Shown one piece after another: positions 1 through 8,932 of a stretch of DNA of 20,000 nucleotides (positions are counted from its first letter, which is position 1; every line of letters starts with the position of its first letter). The position numbers and the translations under genes were made by a program. The notes below the pieces were generated by a model. The model ran no database searches. It was not told the origin of the DNA and worked only from the letters and a program-made list of their open reading frames with translations. Location: IMG/VR virus record IMGVR_UViG_3300025695_000008. One strand, given 5' to 3'. Origin of the DNA: an uncultured virus (IMG/VR IMGVR_UViG_3300025695_000008). Its lineage: Duplodnaviria; Heunggongvirae; Uroviricota; Caudoviricetes.

Positions 1-3000
1 CTCGATATAATAATTTCTCTCTGTAGGACCCACTATTATTGGTGAATCATTAAATACTACTGTGTGACTATCTACACCAAAACTTATTGGTTGGTATACC
101 AATTGGTTATTAACCTTTAAGTTTAATGGAGTACCATGTTTTAAATCTATATTTAATTTAGTTATTTCGGTATTCCTATTTAAATTAGTGGCCCTAAGTA
201 TCGTAATTTGGTTAGTACTAAAAGTAAACTCGTTTTGGTAATCGTATTCTGGTATAGTGGTTATAAACGCGTTAGTGGTACCACCTATAGTGGTCAATAG
301 TGTACCCGATGCCGTACCGTCATATATTTTTAATTGATCCACACCTTTTATATCGAGTTTAATCACATATTCTCCCGCTCCGTTTGGTAGTACTATCGTT
401 TCTGTATCATTAACATTATCTAAAGATATGTAGTCGCTACTATGACTTACTTTAGTGTTTATTGTTGGTAGTATACCTGTAAACATTCTATTAGTATTCA
501 ATCTGTACAAAGTATTGTCGTATTTAACGAAAACTCCTTTTGTACCACCTGAAACATTTATGTTACCATTGTATATCGTATCGTCACCATAGTTTTCGGT
601 ACCATCCCAATCATAAACTTTTACGGTTGTATTACAGGCGTCTTCTATACTATAATAAAATCCGAAGTACTCGTTTATACTAGGGTCGTAACCAGTATAG
701 TTTAACCCCTTTTTACCTTTAATACTGAATGTGGGGGTTTCACCTATTATAGCGTCTTTACCTTTACCAGTAGTTGAGAATGGGTTTGTCGTACCATTAC
801 TAACTGGTTTTTGTGCTTTATTCTGGAATTCTGAACCATCATTACCTAACCAGCCTAGATCATCGTTTAACCCGTGTTTGTAGACGAATTTATTATCAAT
901 GAATTTACTGTTTTGTATTTTTTTACCAGCGTTTAATATTGATGTTGCTGGTGTAAATTGTTGTACTAGTTTAACCCATGAACCATCAAATTTATTTAAA
1001 AATTCTAAACTCTTTGTGTTTGTAACTGGTGTATTAGTTAGCTTAGCATAATCATAATATATCTTACTTAATGTAGGGTATGTCTTTATAGTTTTTCTGT
1101 TATCTGGTTTGATAAATTCATCTAAACTTTTTTGTATGAATTCGTTAAATGTTAATTCACCGACATTAACTTCTTTGTCGTAAGGGAATGTTAAATCAGA
1201 ATTAACACTCGTATTACTTCTGTTTAGTAACCTGTATATAGTAAAGTCGAATATTTTATCTGATGATAAAAATACCTCTAATTCTTTCGAGTTTATAACT
1301 AACCTGGAATCATCCTCATAATATTCAGTATACCCTACGGAGTCTTCGGATAACCTTAATACTTTATCTTCTGAATATACCCAAGACTTTACATTGTCAA
1401 CGCGTCTATCTAGGTTAAATAGAGGTGTCTTACCTTCGTATTCATAAGCTTTTATATAGGCATTACCAAAATCGTAAGGTCCGTAATTTTTACCATCATT
1501 GCTTAAGTTGAAGCCGCTCTCTTGGTATTGAACTTGTCCTGGTACTGTTGGATACCCATCTCTGTCTATAGGTAGTAATGTTAGCAGAACTTCGTCACTA
1601 TATTTATACCCGTAAATGTCTCGTGCCTTGTCCTCAAAATTTAATTTTTGTCTAGCAACATAAACGTGTTCGTTTATTTCGAATATAGAGTCGGGTAAAC
1701 CAACCAGATTTAATATAAATTCAATGGATTTTCTAGTTCCTTTTGATTTCCATAGATGGTACGAGTTTATAAATATTCTTCTCCATAGCTCTATATCTAT
1801 TTCGGCTGGGGTTACTCCTGGCTCAACATTTAAATCTTCTAGACTAAACAATGATTCCATTATAGTTCCTTCATCCTCTACGTTGTAGGTTTCGAAACCT
1901 AACATATTACCATAGTTTTTAGTGAGTAGGTCTGGTATGTTTTCTATCTTGTCATAAGATAAGTTAGTCATATAGGTTATCCCATCAATATATTTCCTTA
2001 CGTTATCGAAGTTTTTACCCATTAAACCTAATATCAAATTAAACCTTCTATCCTCTGTATCGAATTCTTTTAAAGAATCGGTAGTTAAGAACCTAGATAT
2101 TAGATTAGTTTTAGTGGAATCGAAATCATCTGATATCCCATTTAATTTAGTTAGATATGAATCAAAATCATTGCTAAATAAATCTATATTAACTTCATCT
2201 ATTTGAGGGAATATTAGTTTTTCGTTAACGTTTAGATTAACCCCATTATCGTCAACCTTACTATACCTTATAGTACTAATATATTTTTCTTTATCGTAAT
2301 CATAATCCAATAAAAATCTACCCATATCAGATAGATTTGTATAGAACTCATCGTATTCTTGACGTTTTGGTTTTATCCAGAATTTTCTATTTAACGTAAG
2401 GTTTTGGTTTACTACGCTAGAGAAAGGGTCACCTTCTATGGTTAAATAAATACCAGTATCATCATCATCATAAGATGATGGTAAGGTAGCATTTATTATA
2501 GGGTATTCAACTTTGTTGTAATAAAGAACGTATTCTTTGTGTTTTTTAGAAAAATTTCTTATCGGAGCCACATTAACCTGATCATTAATTGTGGTACCAC
2601 TAGAGGTATATTCTATATCGAAAGGGTTTGATATATTTGCTAAATTAACTTTTAATTGTGCCGTATCTGTCCTCTCTGAATAGTTGTATTCTGAGGCTAC
2701 TGGTGATTGAATCCCTATGACATCCAAAGCTATACTGGCTGGGAAATTTCTAGTTATTTCAATAACACTATTTTTTATAACATCTTTTAAAGGAGAGTAC
2801 AGAACGTAGTTCTCTAATTTCTTTTTATCGAATAAAACCTTTACAGTTAAGTTATTATCAATTTTTTTATTTACTTGACTAATCGCACTAGTTTCATTGT
2901 TCTTAGATGGGTTGTTTTCATTTATAGACTCTGATGTATAACTCACATCACCACCTACGTATTCAGCTTGTTTACCCTCAATAACTTCTTTTTGGGTTAT

Positions 3001-3324
3001 TGACTTATTTATAGAGAAATTACCTAAAGTGAAGTATGGGTCACCACCTATTTCGTTTTTAGAACTAGCAAATTGTAAACCTACGGCATTATCACCTAAT
3101 GTATTATCACCAGTAATAACGTTATTCGTACCTTGTATTTTGTATAATTGTATAGCTTTTTCATAAGCCATAAAAGATGAACATGGTACGTACTTATTTT
3201 GTCCGTTTATATTATATGTTCTATAGCCATTACAACCTAATTCAGATGCGGCGGCTAGTGCAGCTTCACTAGTGTCGTACAAGTGAGCTATTAACGGTGT
3301 GTTCGTATAACCAAGATTAGCCAT
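1..3324 (-). CDS. Large baseplate wedge/tail protein, T4 gp7 / P2 gpI-like core with accessory domains (>1108 aa, 3'-truncated by window edge; absent from the ORF track)
   Basis: Manual translation: ATG at 3324 overlaps the stop of the upstream gene (ATGGCTAA), and I found no in-frame stop down to position 1. Starts MANLGYTNTPLIAHLYDTSEAALAAASELGCNGY. Contains ENIPDLLTKNYGNMLGF...ELWRRIFINSYHLWKSKGTRKSIEFILNLVGLP (about 1690-1945), typical of the gpI/gp7 'KGT' wedge domain, and WVKLVQQFTPATS (about 940-978). Lies in the same operon as gp25 and gp6. Confidence 0.8.
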   Translation of the reverse strand, partial: MANLGYTNTPLIAHLYDTSEAALAAASELGCNGYRTYNINGQNKYVPCSSFMAYEKAIQLYKIQGTNNVITGDNTLGDNAVGLQFASSKNEIGGDPYFTLGNFSINKSITQKEVIEGKQAEYVGGDVSYTSESINENNPSKNNETSAISQVNKKIDNNLTVKVLFDKKKLENYVLYSPLKDVIKNSVIEITRNFPASIALDVIGIQSPVASEYNYSERTDTAQLKVNLANISNPFDIEYTSSGTTINDQVNVAPIRNFSKKHKEYVLYYNKVEYPIINATLPSSYDDDDTGIYLTIEGDPFSSVVNQNLTLNRKFWIKPKRQEYDEFYTNLSDMGRFLLDYDYDKEKYISTIRYSKVDDNGVNLNVNEKLIFPQIDEVNIDLFSNDFDSYLTKLNGISDDFDSTKTNLISRFLTTDSLKEFDTEDRRFNLILGLMGKNFDNVRKYIDGITYMTNLSYDKIENIPDLLTKNYGNMLGFETYNVEDEGTIMESLFSLEDLNVEPGVTPAEIDIELWRRIFINSYHLWKSKGTRKSIEFILNLVGLPDSIFEINEHVYVARQKLNFEDKARDIYGYKYSDEVLLTLLPIDRDGYPTVPGQVQYQESGFNLSNDGKNYGPYDFGNAYIKAYEYEGKTPLFNLDRRVDNVKSWVYSEDKVLRLSEDSVGYTEYYEDDSRLVINSKELEVFLSSDKIFDFTIYRLLNRSNTSVNSDLTFPYDKEVNVGELTFNEFIQKSLDEFIKPDNRKTIKTYPTLSKIYYDYAKLTNTPVTNTKSLEFLNKFDGSWVKLVQQFTPATSILNAGKKIQNSKFIDNKFVYKHGLNDDLGWLGNDGSEFQNKAQKPVSNGTTNPFSTTGKGKDAIIGETPTFSIKGKKGLNYTGYDPSINEYFGFYYSIEDACNTTVKVYDWDGTENYGDDTIYNGNINVSGGTKGVFVKYDNTLYRLNTNRMFTGILPTINTKVSHSSDYISLDNVNDTETIVLPNGAGEYVIKLDIKGVDQLKIYDGTASGTLLTTIGGTTNAFITTIPEYDYQNEFTFSTNQITILRATNLNRNTEITKLNIDLKHGTPLNLKVNNQLVYQPISFGVDSHTVVFNDSPIIVGPTERNYYIE

Positions 3325-4213
3325 TGTTTCCAGTGATATTGTTTAAAGTTTTAGTCGTGTCTATCGTACTCCTTCTAGTCCTAACTTCGTATAATTTATT
3401 GTTTACGGCGTCTTTTATTTCATATAAATCGTGTTGTGCGTATATATTACCATCAAAATCATATAGGGTGTATATACCGTCTTCAACTGATTTTGTTTGA
3501 TCTGAATATAAGGCTATGGCTAGACTTTCAACATCGTAATCAACTAACTCCACTTCTAAAATTTGTGGGGTAAAGTTTGTGTTTGTTAGTATAACGTTTT
3601 GTCCTTTAAACCCTATGAACGGCGCTGCTGTTGGTTTAAAACTAGGGGCTGCGTTTGGTGTAACTGTAGAGAATATCAATGACCCTGTGTTATTGTATGT
3701 GTATTTAATACTTTTTACTGAACTATTGGGTGTGTCTACTTGTACTGGTTCTACTATGAATGATGAAGTTATTATTCTATATAGATTAGGTATTTTACTA
3801 CCGTTGTCGTTAAGGTATTCAACTCTGTAACCATCCAAACCATTATTACTAAATTTACTCCTAAATTGATCAGGTACTGAATCTGTGTTGAAAACTAAAC
3901 CCTTTATATCTGGGAATGTAGCTAATTCGGCACAATCTTCAATACTAACTCTTATTTGAGCAGGTCTTATATAAACGGTGTAATAACCTTTTGTACTAAA
4001 CACTGATCTAGGTAATTCCATATTATACATACCCCCAAGAACCTCTAGGGTGTTGGTGGGGTCTAATACTGGTTTTATAACGTCAGTACCGTTTAGTTTT
4101 GTCACTTTTTGTGTTTCAGTAGAATTTCTATTCCTACTATATAAAACAATCACTTCTATATCAGAAGGATCTACGTCTGCTGGTCTTTTAACACCGTATA
4201 CACCTATTGCCAT
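3317..4213 (-). CDS. Hypothetical phage protein, probable virion/baseplate structural protein (298 aa)
   Basis: Long ORF, 5 nt downstream of the previous stop and overlapping the next start. Beta-rich composition. Inside the baseplate operon. No catalytic motif recognised. Confidence 0.75.
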   Translation of the reverse strand: MAIGVYGVKRPADVDPSDIEVIVLYSRNRNSTETQKVTKLNGTDVIKPVLDPTNTLEVLGGMYNMELPRSVFSTKGYYTVYIRPAQIRVSIEDCAELATFPDIKGLVFNTDSVPDQFRSKFSNNGLDGYRVEYLNDNGSKIPNLYRIITSSFIVEPVQVDTPNSSVKSIKYTYNNTGSLIFSTVTPNAAPSFKPTAAPFIGFKGQNVILTNTNFTPQILEVELVDYDVESLAIALYSDQTKSVEDGIYTLYDFDGNIYAQHDLYEIKDAVNNKLYEVRTRRSTIDTTKTLNNITGNNG

Positions 4214-4218
4214 AATTA

Positions 4219-5094
4219 TTAATCTTTAAAATCGTATCCTTTTGTATTTATTTTGTAGTAACCAAAACCACTTTTCGTTAACTCGTTTAAGTCCTTGATA
4301 TTCTTAAGTTTTCTTATCGGTTCGAAAGCATTGTTTACACCTCTATCAATAAATACTTCGGATAAAACTTTTGGTTCGTCTATTGTGTCAGAATATAAAT
4401 TTAATGTGGGTTTCACCTTGTCATCTATATTATTCCTCATATATTTAAATCTAGTAAAATTACCAGGATTATCAACATAAAATATCGGGTTTGGTGTATC
4501 TAAATAAAGTACGTACTCCACCCTTTTTTTAGTTTCCAGTAATATCATACCAACTACATTCGTACCGCTTATCTCAATTCTTTTACCGTATCTAATCTCA
4601 GGGTTTGGGGTTATAGGGTTTACGGATACCACTTCTTCAATACCATTGTCTAACTCCTCTCTTATATCTTGTGTTATTTGGTCTAGTGGTAAACCTTGTA
4701 GTTCGTCTATTCTAGGGTTTTTTAATAGAGTTTTAGTCTGGTCACCGTCGGATTCTTTTTCTAATGCCATGGCTCTATCCATAGGAAAAGATAAATCTAA
4801 TAACGAGAATTTACTATCTGTAGACCCTTTTATAAAATATTTATCATCCTTATCGCTAAAATGTTCCTTAATATCCTCTTCTGTGGATATTATTTTATCA
4901 TTAGTTACGTATTTTTTACCCACTTTGCTAATTTCATTAAAAGGGTATATTTCTTCAATAGTATCCTCTATTTGTTTAATCATTGGGTTATTATGGTAAG
5001 GGGCTATAACTGTTCCGTTACCATCTATATGTGATTCTAGGTTAAATGTTACCCTGTAGTTGTCTGGGTTGTTATCTATGTTAATACTATACAT
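4219..5094 (-). CDS. Hypothetical phage protein, probable structural protein (291 aa)
   Basis: TAATG overlap with the upstream gene. Acidic protein ending EPKVLSEVFIDRGVNNAFEPIRKLKNIKDLNELTKSGFGYYKIN. Baseplate operon context. Confidence 0.72.
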   Translation of the reverse strand: MYSINIDNNPDNYRVTFNLESHIDGNGTVIAPYHNNPMIKQIEDTIEEIYPFNEISKVGKKYVTNDKIISTEEDIKEHFSDKDDKYFIKGSTDSKFSLLDLSFPMDRAMALEKESDGDQTKTLLKNPRIDELQGLPLDQITQDIREELDNGIEEVVSVNPITPNPEIRYGKRIEISGTNVVGMILLETKKRVEYVLYLDTPNPIFYVDNPGNFTRFKYMRNNIDDKVKPTLNLYSDTIDEPKVLSEVFIDRGVNNAFEPIRKLKNIKDLNELTKSGFGYYKINTKGYDFKD

Positions 5095-7250
5095 TAGGCT
5101 ATTTTTATTTTAAGTGGTATACTTATTATCTCGTCTTGAGTACCTGACTCTTCATCGGCGTTATATACTGTTAATTCTATAGTACCTATAATTGATAGTT
5201 CTGACATGGTACCAAACTGGTCGAGGAACCCTTTACCTAGAAATGTATCAACCGTTAATATTATCTCTTCATTTGGGTTTATCCTTCTATCTAAGGATTC
5301 AACTAAAATAGTGATACCATTGGTCTTAACCCAACCAGGGTTTGTTTTTAATAAACTAATTATATTATCCTTAGTAACGTCAGGTTTAAGTTCATCGGTA
5401 CTTTCAACCACATCGTTTATTAATTTGTTCGCTAGTGTTATTTGTTTTAATTTAGGTGATGATACTAATGAGTTATGTATTAAGTTCCCTGGTAATGGGA
5501 GTGGTTTTTCGCCGTACCCACTGTACCAACCATCAATAGTTATTACTGAATTAGCTTCTTTATAACTATCAAATGCGGTCACTAAGTTTTCTTGTAAAGA
5601 ATCTATATTTAGATCCAATTTAGTACCTATAGTAATAATTCTATCAGGTAGTAAACTAGTTTCGTGTATTATTGAAGGTTCTTTATTTATCTCAGCTTTA
5701 ATTTTGTGTGTTAATGATCCGCTAGTTGATAAATCCACGCTATTTTCGTTACTAGATACAATTAAATCTTTTAACTGTATATCTTCTATGATATATGTGT
5801 ATATACTACTAGTGTTATCTATTAATATAGACCCAGAACTAATCTTAGTCGATTCGACCTCTGTATTCACACATTTATTCATCTTTGTTTTTAATAACCC
5901 TATTTTTTTTGTATCTAATACGTTGTTACCTAACTTAGTTAGATAACCAGTTGGGTCACCGTTTATTTCATAATAAAAAGTAGTACTGTAGTTATAGAAT
6001 GTTTGATCATCAGTATAATAACCTTTATATACCCTATCTACTTTTTCATAATAAGGTAGATTTTTTAATCCGTCTAATAGTGTTGGGTATTTAAGTAGAT
6101 TACCTTCGTATCTTATATTCCTTGATATTTCGGTAGATGATAATACCAAATCACCGAATTTTCTTGGTAATACTGGTGTCTTTATATCGGTAGGTTGTTT
6201 GTTGATTAGTGGGTATTTAACCCAGTAATCGTCATAACCTAATTGGTATAGATCAATGTGTTTTGTTGCTTCTATATTGAATGTGTCAGTTCTTTTATTT
6301 AGATCATATATTTTATAAGTTTTATCTGCGTAATCTAGTTCATACTTTAGGTATAAGTCTTTTTGATTAAAAGTATTCGTACCCTGTAACCATTTTTTAG
6401 GTAAGTTGTTTTTAGCTGACGGTACAAATTGTATTTTATTACCATTTAAAGCGTCCCAGAAGTAGAATTTAGCGTAAAATTCGTTTGTTGGGTATTCATT
6501 TAAAAAGAAAAATGAGAATCCATCGACTGCATCTGTTAAATTGAATACTGGTCTTTTTTGTTTAGGTATTGAATCAATAGATGGGTTTTCGTTAAACATA
6601 TACCTATCCGACACGTATATGGGTATTGTAGTTATCCTTTTTTGTCTTTCTACATTAAAGTCATCATATATCTCGATTAGAACAAAAGAATTGTACATGT
6701 AACTCTTGTTATTAAAACCTAGGTTACTATCAATCCATTTATCTCTACTATCCCATAGGGGTAATGTAAAAGAATTGTAGAAATGTGGGAACCCTTTTTC
6801 TGTTGGGTAGTCTTTGTTTAATTCACTTAAGGGATTAGTTAGTTTTTGTGGTTTTAACTTAGCTATCTCTATAGGGGATAGGCTGATCTCATTATTTAAT
6901 AATGGGGTTATTAACCCGTTAGAGTCACCTATTTCAAATAATTCAGAAGTACTTTTTTTAAAGCTAACATATTCGCTAGAGTAGTCAGTGAAGTCTGGTT
7001 CTATGTATAGGGATATCTCATTTATATCCTCTTTACTTAAATATTTTAAGAAGAATAAGTCTATCTCAATGTTATCTGTATCAGGTCTGTAATCAACGCT
7101 CTCTAAATCTAGTGAGGGGTTTATTTTAGCTATGGTCTCAAAATCTAAAGTGTTCTTAAAAGAGAAGTCTCTATCAGAAGTATGATCTTCACTACTCAAA
7201 AATACGTTATTAGATACTTGTTCTCCTCTTATTATTTTTTTTCTTAACAT
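5094..7250 (-). CDS. Hypothetical phage protein, probable structural protein (718 aa)
   Basis: Long ORF with a 7-nt overlap (ATGTTAA) with the upstream stop and a TAATG overlap downstream. No family recognised. Confidence 0.72.
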   Translation of the reverse strand: MLRKKIIRGEQVSNNVFLSSEDHTSDRDFSFKNTLDFETIAKINPSLDLESVDYRPDTDNIEIDLFFLKYLSKEDINEISLYIEPDFTDYSSEYVSFKKSTSELFEIGDSNGLITPLLNNEISLSPIEIAKLKPQKLTNPLSELNKDYPTEKGFPHFYNSFTLPLWDSRDKWIDSNLGFNNKSYMYNSFVLIEIYDDFNVERQKRITTIPIYVSDRYMFNENPSIDSIPKQKRPVFNLTDAVDGFSFFFLNEYPTNEFYAKFYFWDALNGNKIQFVPSAKNNLPKKWLQGTNTFNQKDLYLKYELDYADKTYKIYDLNKRTDTFNIEATKHIDLYQLGYDDYWVKYPLINKQPTDIKTPVLPRKFGDLVLSSTEISRNIRYEGNLLKYPTLLDGLKNLPYYEKVDRVYKGYYTDDQTFYNYSTTFYYEINGDPTGYLTKLGNNVLDTKKIGLLKTKMNKCVNTEVESTKISSGSILIDNTSSIYTYIIEDIQLKDLIVSSNENSVDLSTSGSLTHKIKAEINKEPSIIHETSLLPDRIITIGTKLDLNIDSLQENLVTAFDSYKEANSVITIDGWYSGYGEKPLPLPGNLIHNSLVSSPKLKQITLANKLINDVVESTDELKPDVTKDNIISLLKTNPGWVKTNGITILVESLDRRINPNEEIILTVDTFLGKGFLDQFGTMSELSIIGTIELTVYNADEESGTQDEIISIPLKIKIA

Positions 7251-8932
7251 TCTTCGTCAGTATATGGTTTAAACGGATCATCACTACTTCCGTTATTAGT
7301 ATTACCGAATAAATCTTCAGTTATGTTTCTTAAGTAATCATCAACAGAATTAACCGAATCTATATTAGATACGTCGTTTGCATTTAATCTATACTTTTTG
7401 GTTTTATTTTTTTCAATTAGTGCGTTGAATGGTAATCTAGTGTAACTATACCTACACCCATTTAAAAACGGGAAGTCAAGTATAGTACCATCTTCATCAG
7501 ATACCCCTATATCTAAAATGTCTCTCCATATGTATTTATCTTTTTTTCTACTATACTTAGCGTATGGCGGTATAAATTCATTTGATGTGGAATCCTCTAT
7601 ATAACTAGACTTGTTTTTTAAAACAATTTCAGTAAACGGTTTGTATTTAAATAAAACATAGTTGATTATGAAATTATGTTCTATAGATTCTACTAGCTCT
7701 TCACTCAGGTTTTCATTAGAGTATTCGTAAATACCAACATCATACTGATTACCGATTATAGGTTTATTACTTACTTCAGTTATTGATTTTTCGGATATAG
7801 TTTTAATCCCCTCGCCTTCATTAGTGTACTCTATCAATGAAGTGAAATTAGATTCTACATCACTAAACACCTTTTCTTCTGTGGACCCGTTTTTTATAAC
7901 CCCTATGTAACAGTTAGTTGTTGGTTCATCTTTATTATCTAGTGACCCCCTTATATCATAATTTTTATTAAAATAAAAGTTGTATATTTTATCACCATAT
8001 AAATTTTTAGAAAAACCACATTCATCAAACGCGTTAAATACGTCTACTACCTCTACCTGTTTAACGTAATACTCTAAAACTTCGTTATCTATAACTTTAG
8101 ATACGCTCATTTTTGGGTTTATTAAGCTGTAAGGGGTTGGTCTATCTAATTTAAGTGCGTTAATAATTGAATTGTTATCGTTTGTAGATTGTATACCTCT
8201 TATGGTGTTTGTGTATTTATTTCTTGGTGTTGTTGGTTTATTTACGGATGCCGATTCTGATAGTGAGTTACCTAATTTAGCGGTGGTTTTTTCTACCGAT
8301 ATTAAATCAGTAGCACTTATCGTTAAATCAGTTGTTATCTCATTACCGTTAACGTTTTTAATGAAGCACGTACCTGTTGCTACACGAGCATCTTCTGAAT
8401 TTATATATATCTGATCACCAACACTCATATTGTGACCAAGATTCATGTATAACACAACGTTAACCTCCGATTTACGTCTATTTCTTATACTAAATGGCGA
8501 TTCTATTGACAAAGATGCTGGTAAACCCTTCTTTAAGTCTAACTCGAATATCTTATCACTATCACTACTAGAATCATAATACTTTATTTCAAATGATTTC
8601 CTACCCTTTTCTTCACCTAAGTATTTAACGGGTTTACACATAACCATAGACCAATTATCTTTTGTAAACTCAATAGCTTTTACATCTACGTTTAATTTAG
8701 TTTTACGGAAAAATGGGGTTTTCATTACTGACGGTATTATAGTACCGTATACCTTATATACGTCATTCTCCTGTTTTTCTTTTATGAACTGTTCGTATTG
8801 TGATACGTTGGTAAATAAATTATACTCGTCTTTAATTTTACTGGGCTCTTCTAATGTAACCCTAGTTTTTAGGGTTTTATTTTCACCTCCTGCGAACTTT
8901 TTAGTTCCTAATATTTCGATGATATCACTCAT
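7244..8932 (-). CDS. Hypothetical phage structural protein with an HxxxxGDxIxI beta-barrel motif (562 aa)
   Basis: 8-nt overlap (ATGAGTGA) with the upstream gene. Contains GHNMSVGDQIYINSEDARVATGTCFIKNV, resembling small beta-barrel (E1 FCCH-like) modules of phage structural proteins. Confidence 0.72.
   Translation of the reverse strand: MSDIIEILGTKKFAGGENKTLKTRVTLEEPSKIKDEYNLFTNVSQYEQFIKEKQENDVYKVYGTIIPSVMKTPFFRKTKLNVDVKAIEFTKDNWSMVMCKPVKYLGEEKGRKSFEIKYYDSSSDSDKIFELDLKKGLPASLSIESPFSIRNRRKSEVNVVLYMNLGHNMSVGDQIYINSEDARVATGTCFIKNVNGNEITTDLTISATDLISVEKTTAKLGNSLSESASVNKPTTPRNKYTNTIRGIQSTNDNNSIINALKLDRPTPYSLINPKMSVSKVIDNEVLEYYVKQVEVVDVFNAFDECGFSKNLYGDKIYNFYFNKNYDIRGSLDNKDEPTTNCYIGVIKNGSTEEKVFSDVESNFTSLIEYTNEGEGIKTISEKSITEVSNKPIIGNQYDVGIYEYSNENLSEELVESIEHNFIINYVLFKYKPFTEIVLKNKSSYIEDSTSNEFIPPYAKYSRKKDKYIWRDILDIGVSDEDGTILDFPFLNGCRYSYTRLPFNALIEKNKTKKYRLNANDVSNIDSVNSVDDYLRNITEDLFGNTNNGSSDDPFKPYTDEEC

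Noticed and set aside
91..115. Overlapping short palindromes TTGGTATACCAA, ACCAATTGGT and GGTTATTAACC
   Set aside because: Inside coding sequence, short, AT-rich and not seen repeated elsewhere; compatible with chance.
252..294. Short direct repeat TATAGTGGT (two copies)
   Set aside because: Only 9 bp and explained by repeated Thr-Thr-Ile codons; not an array.
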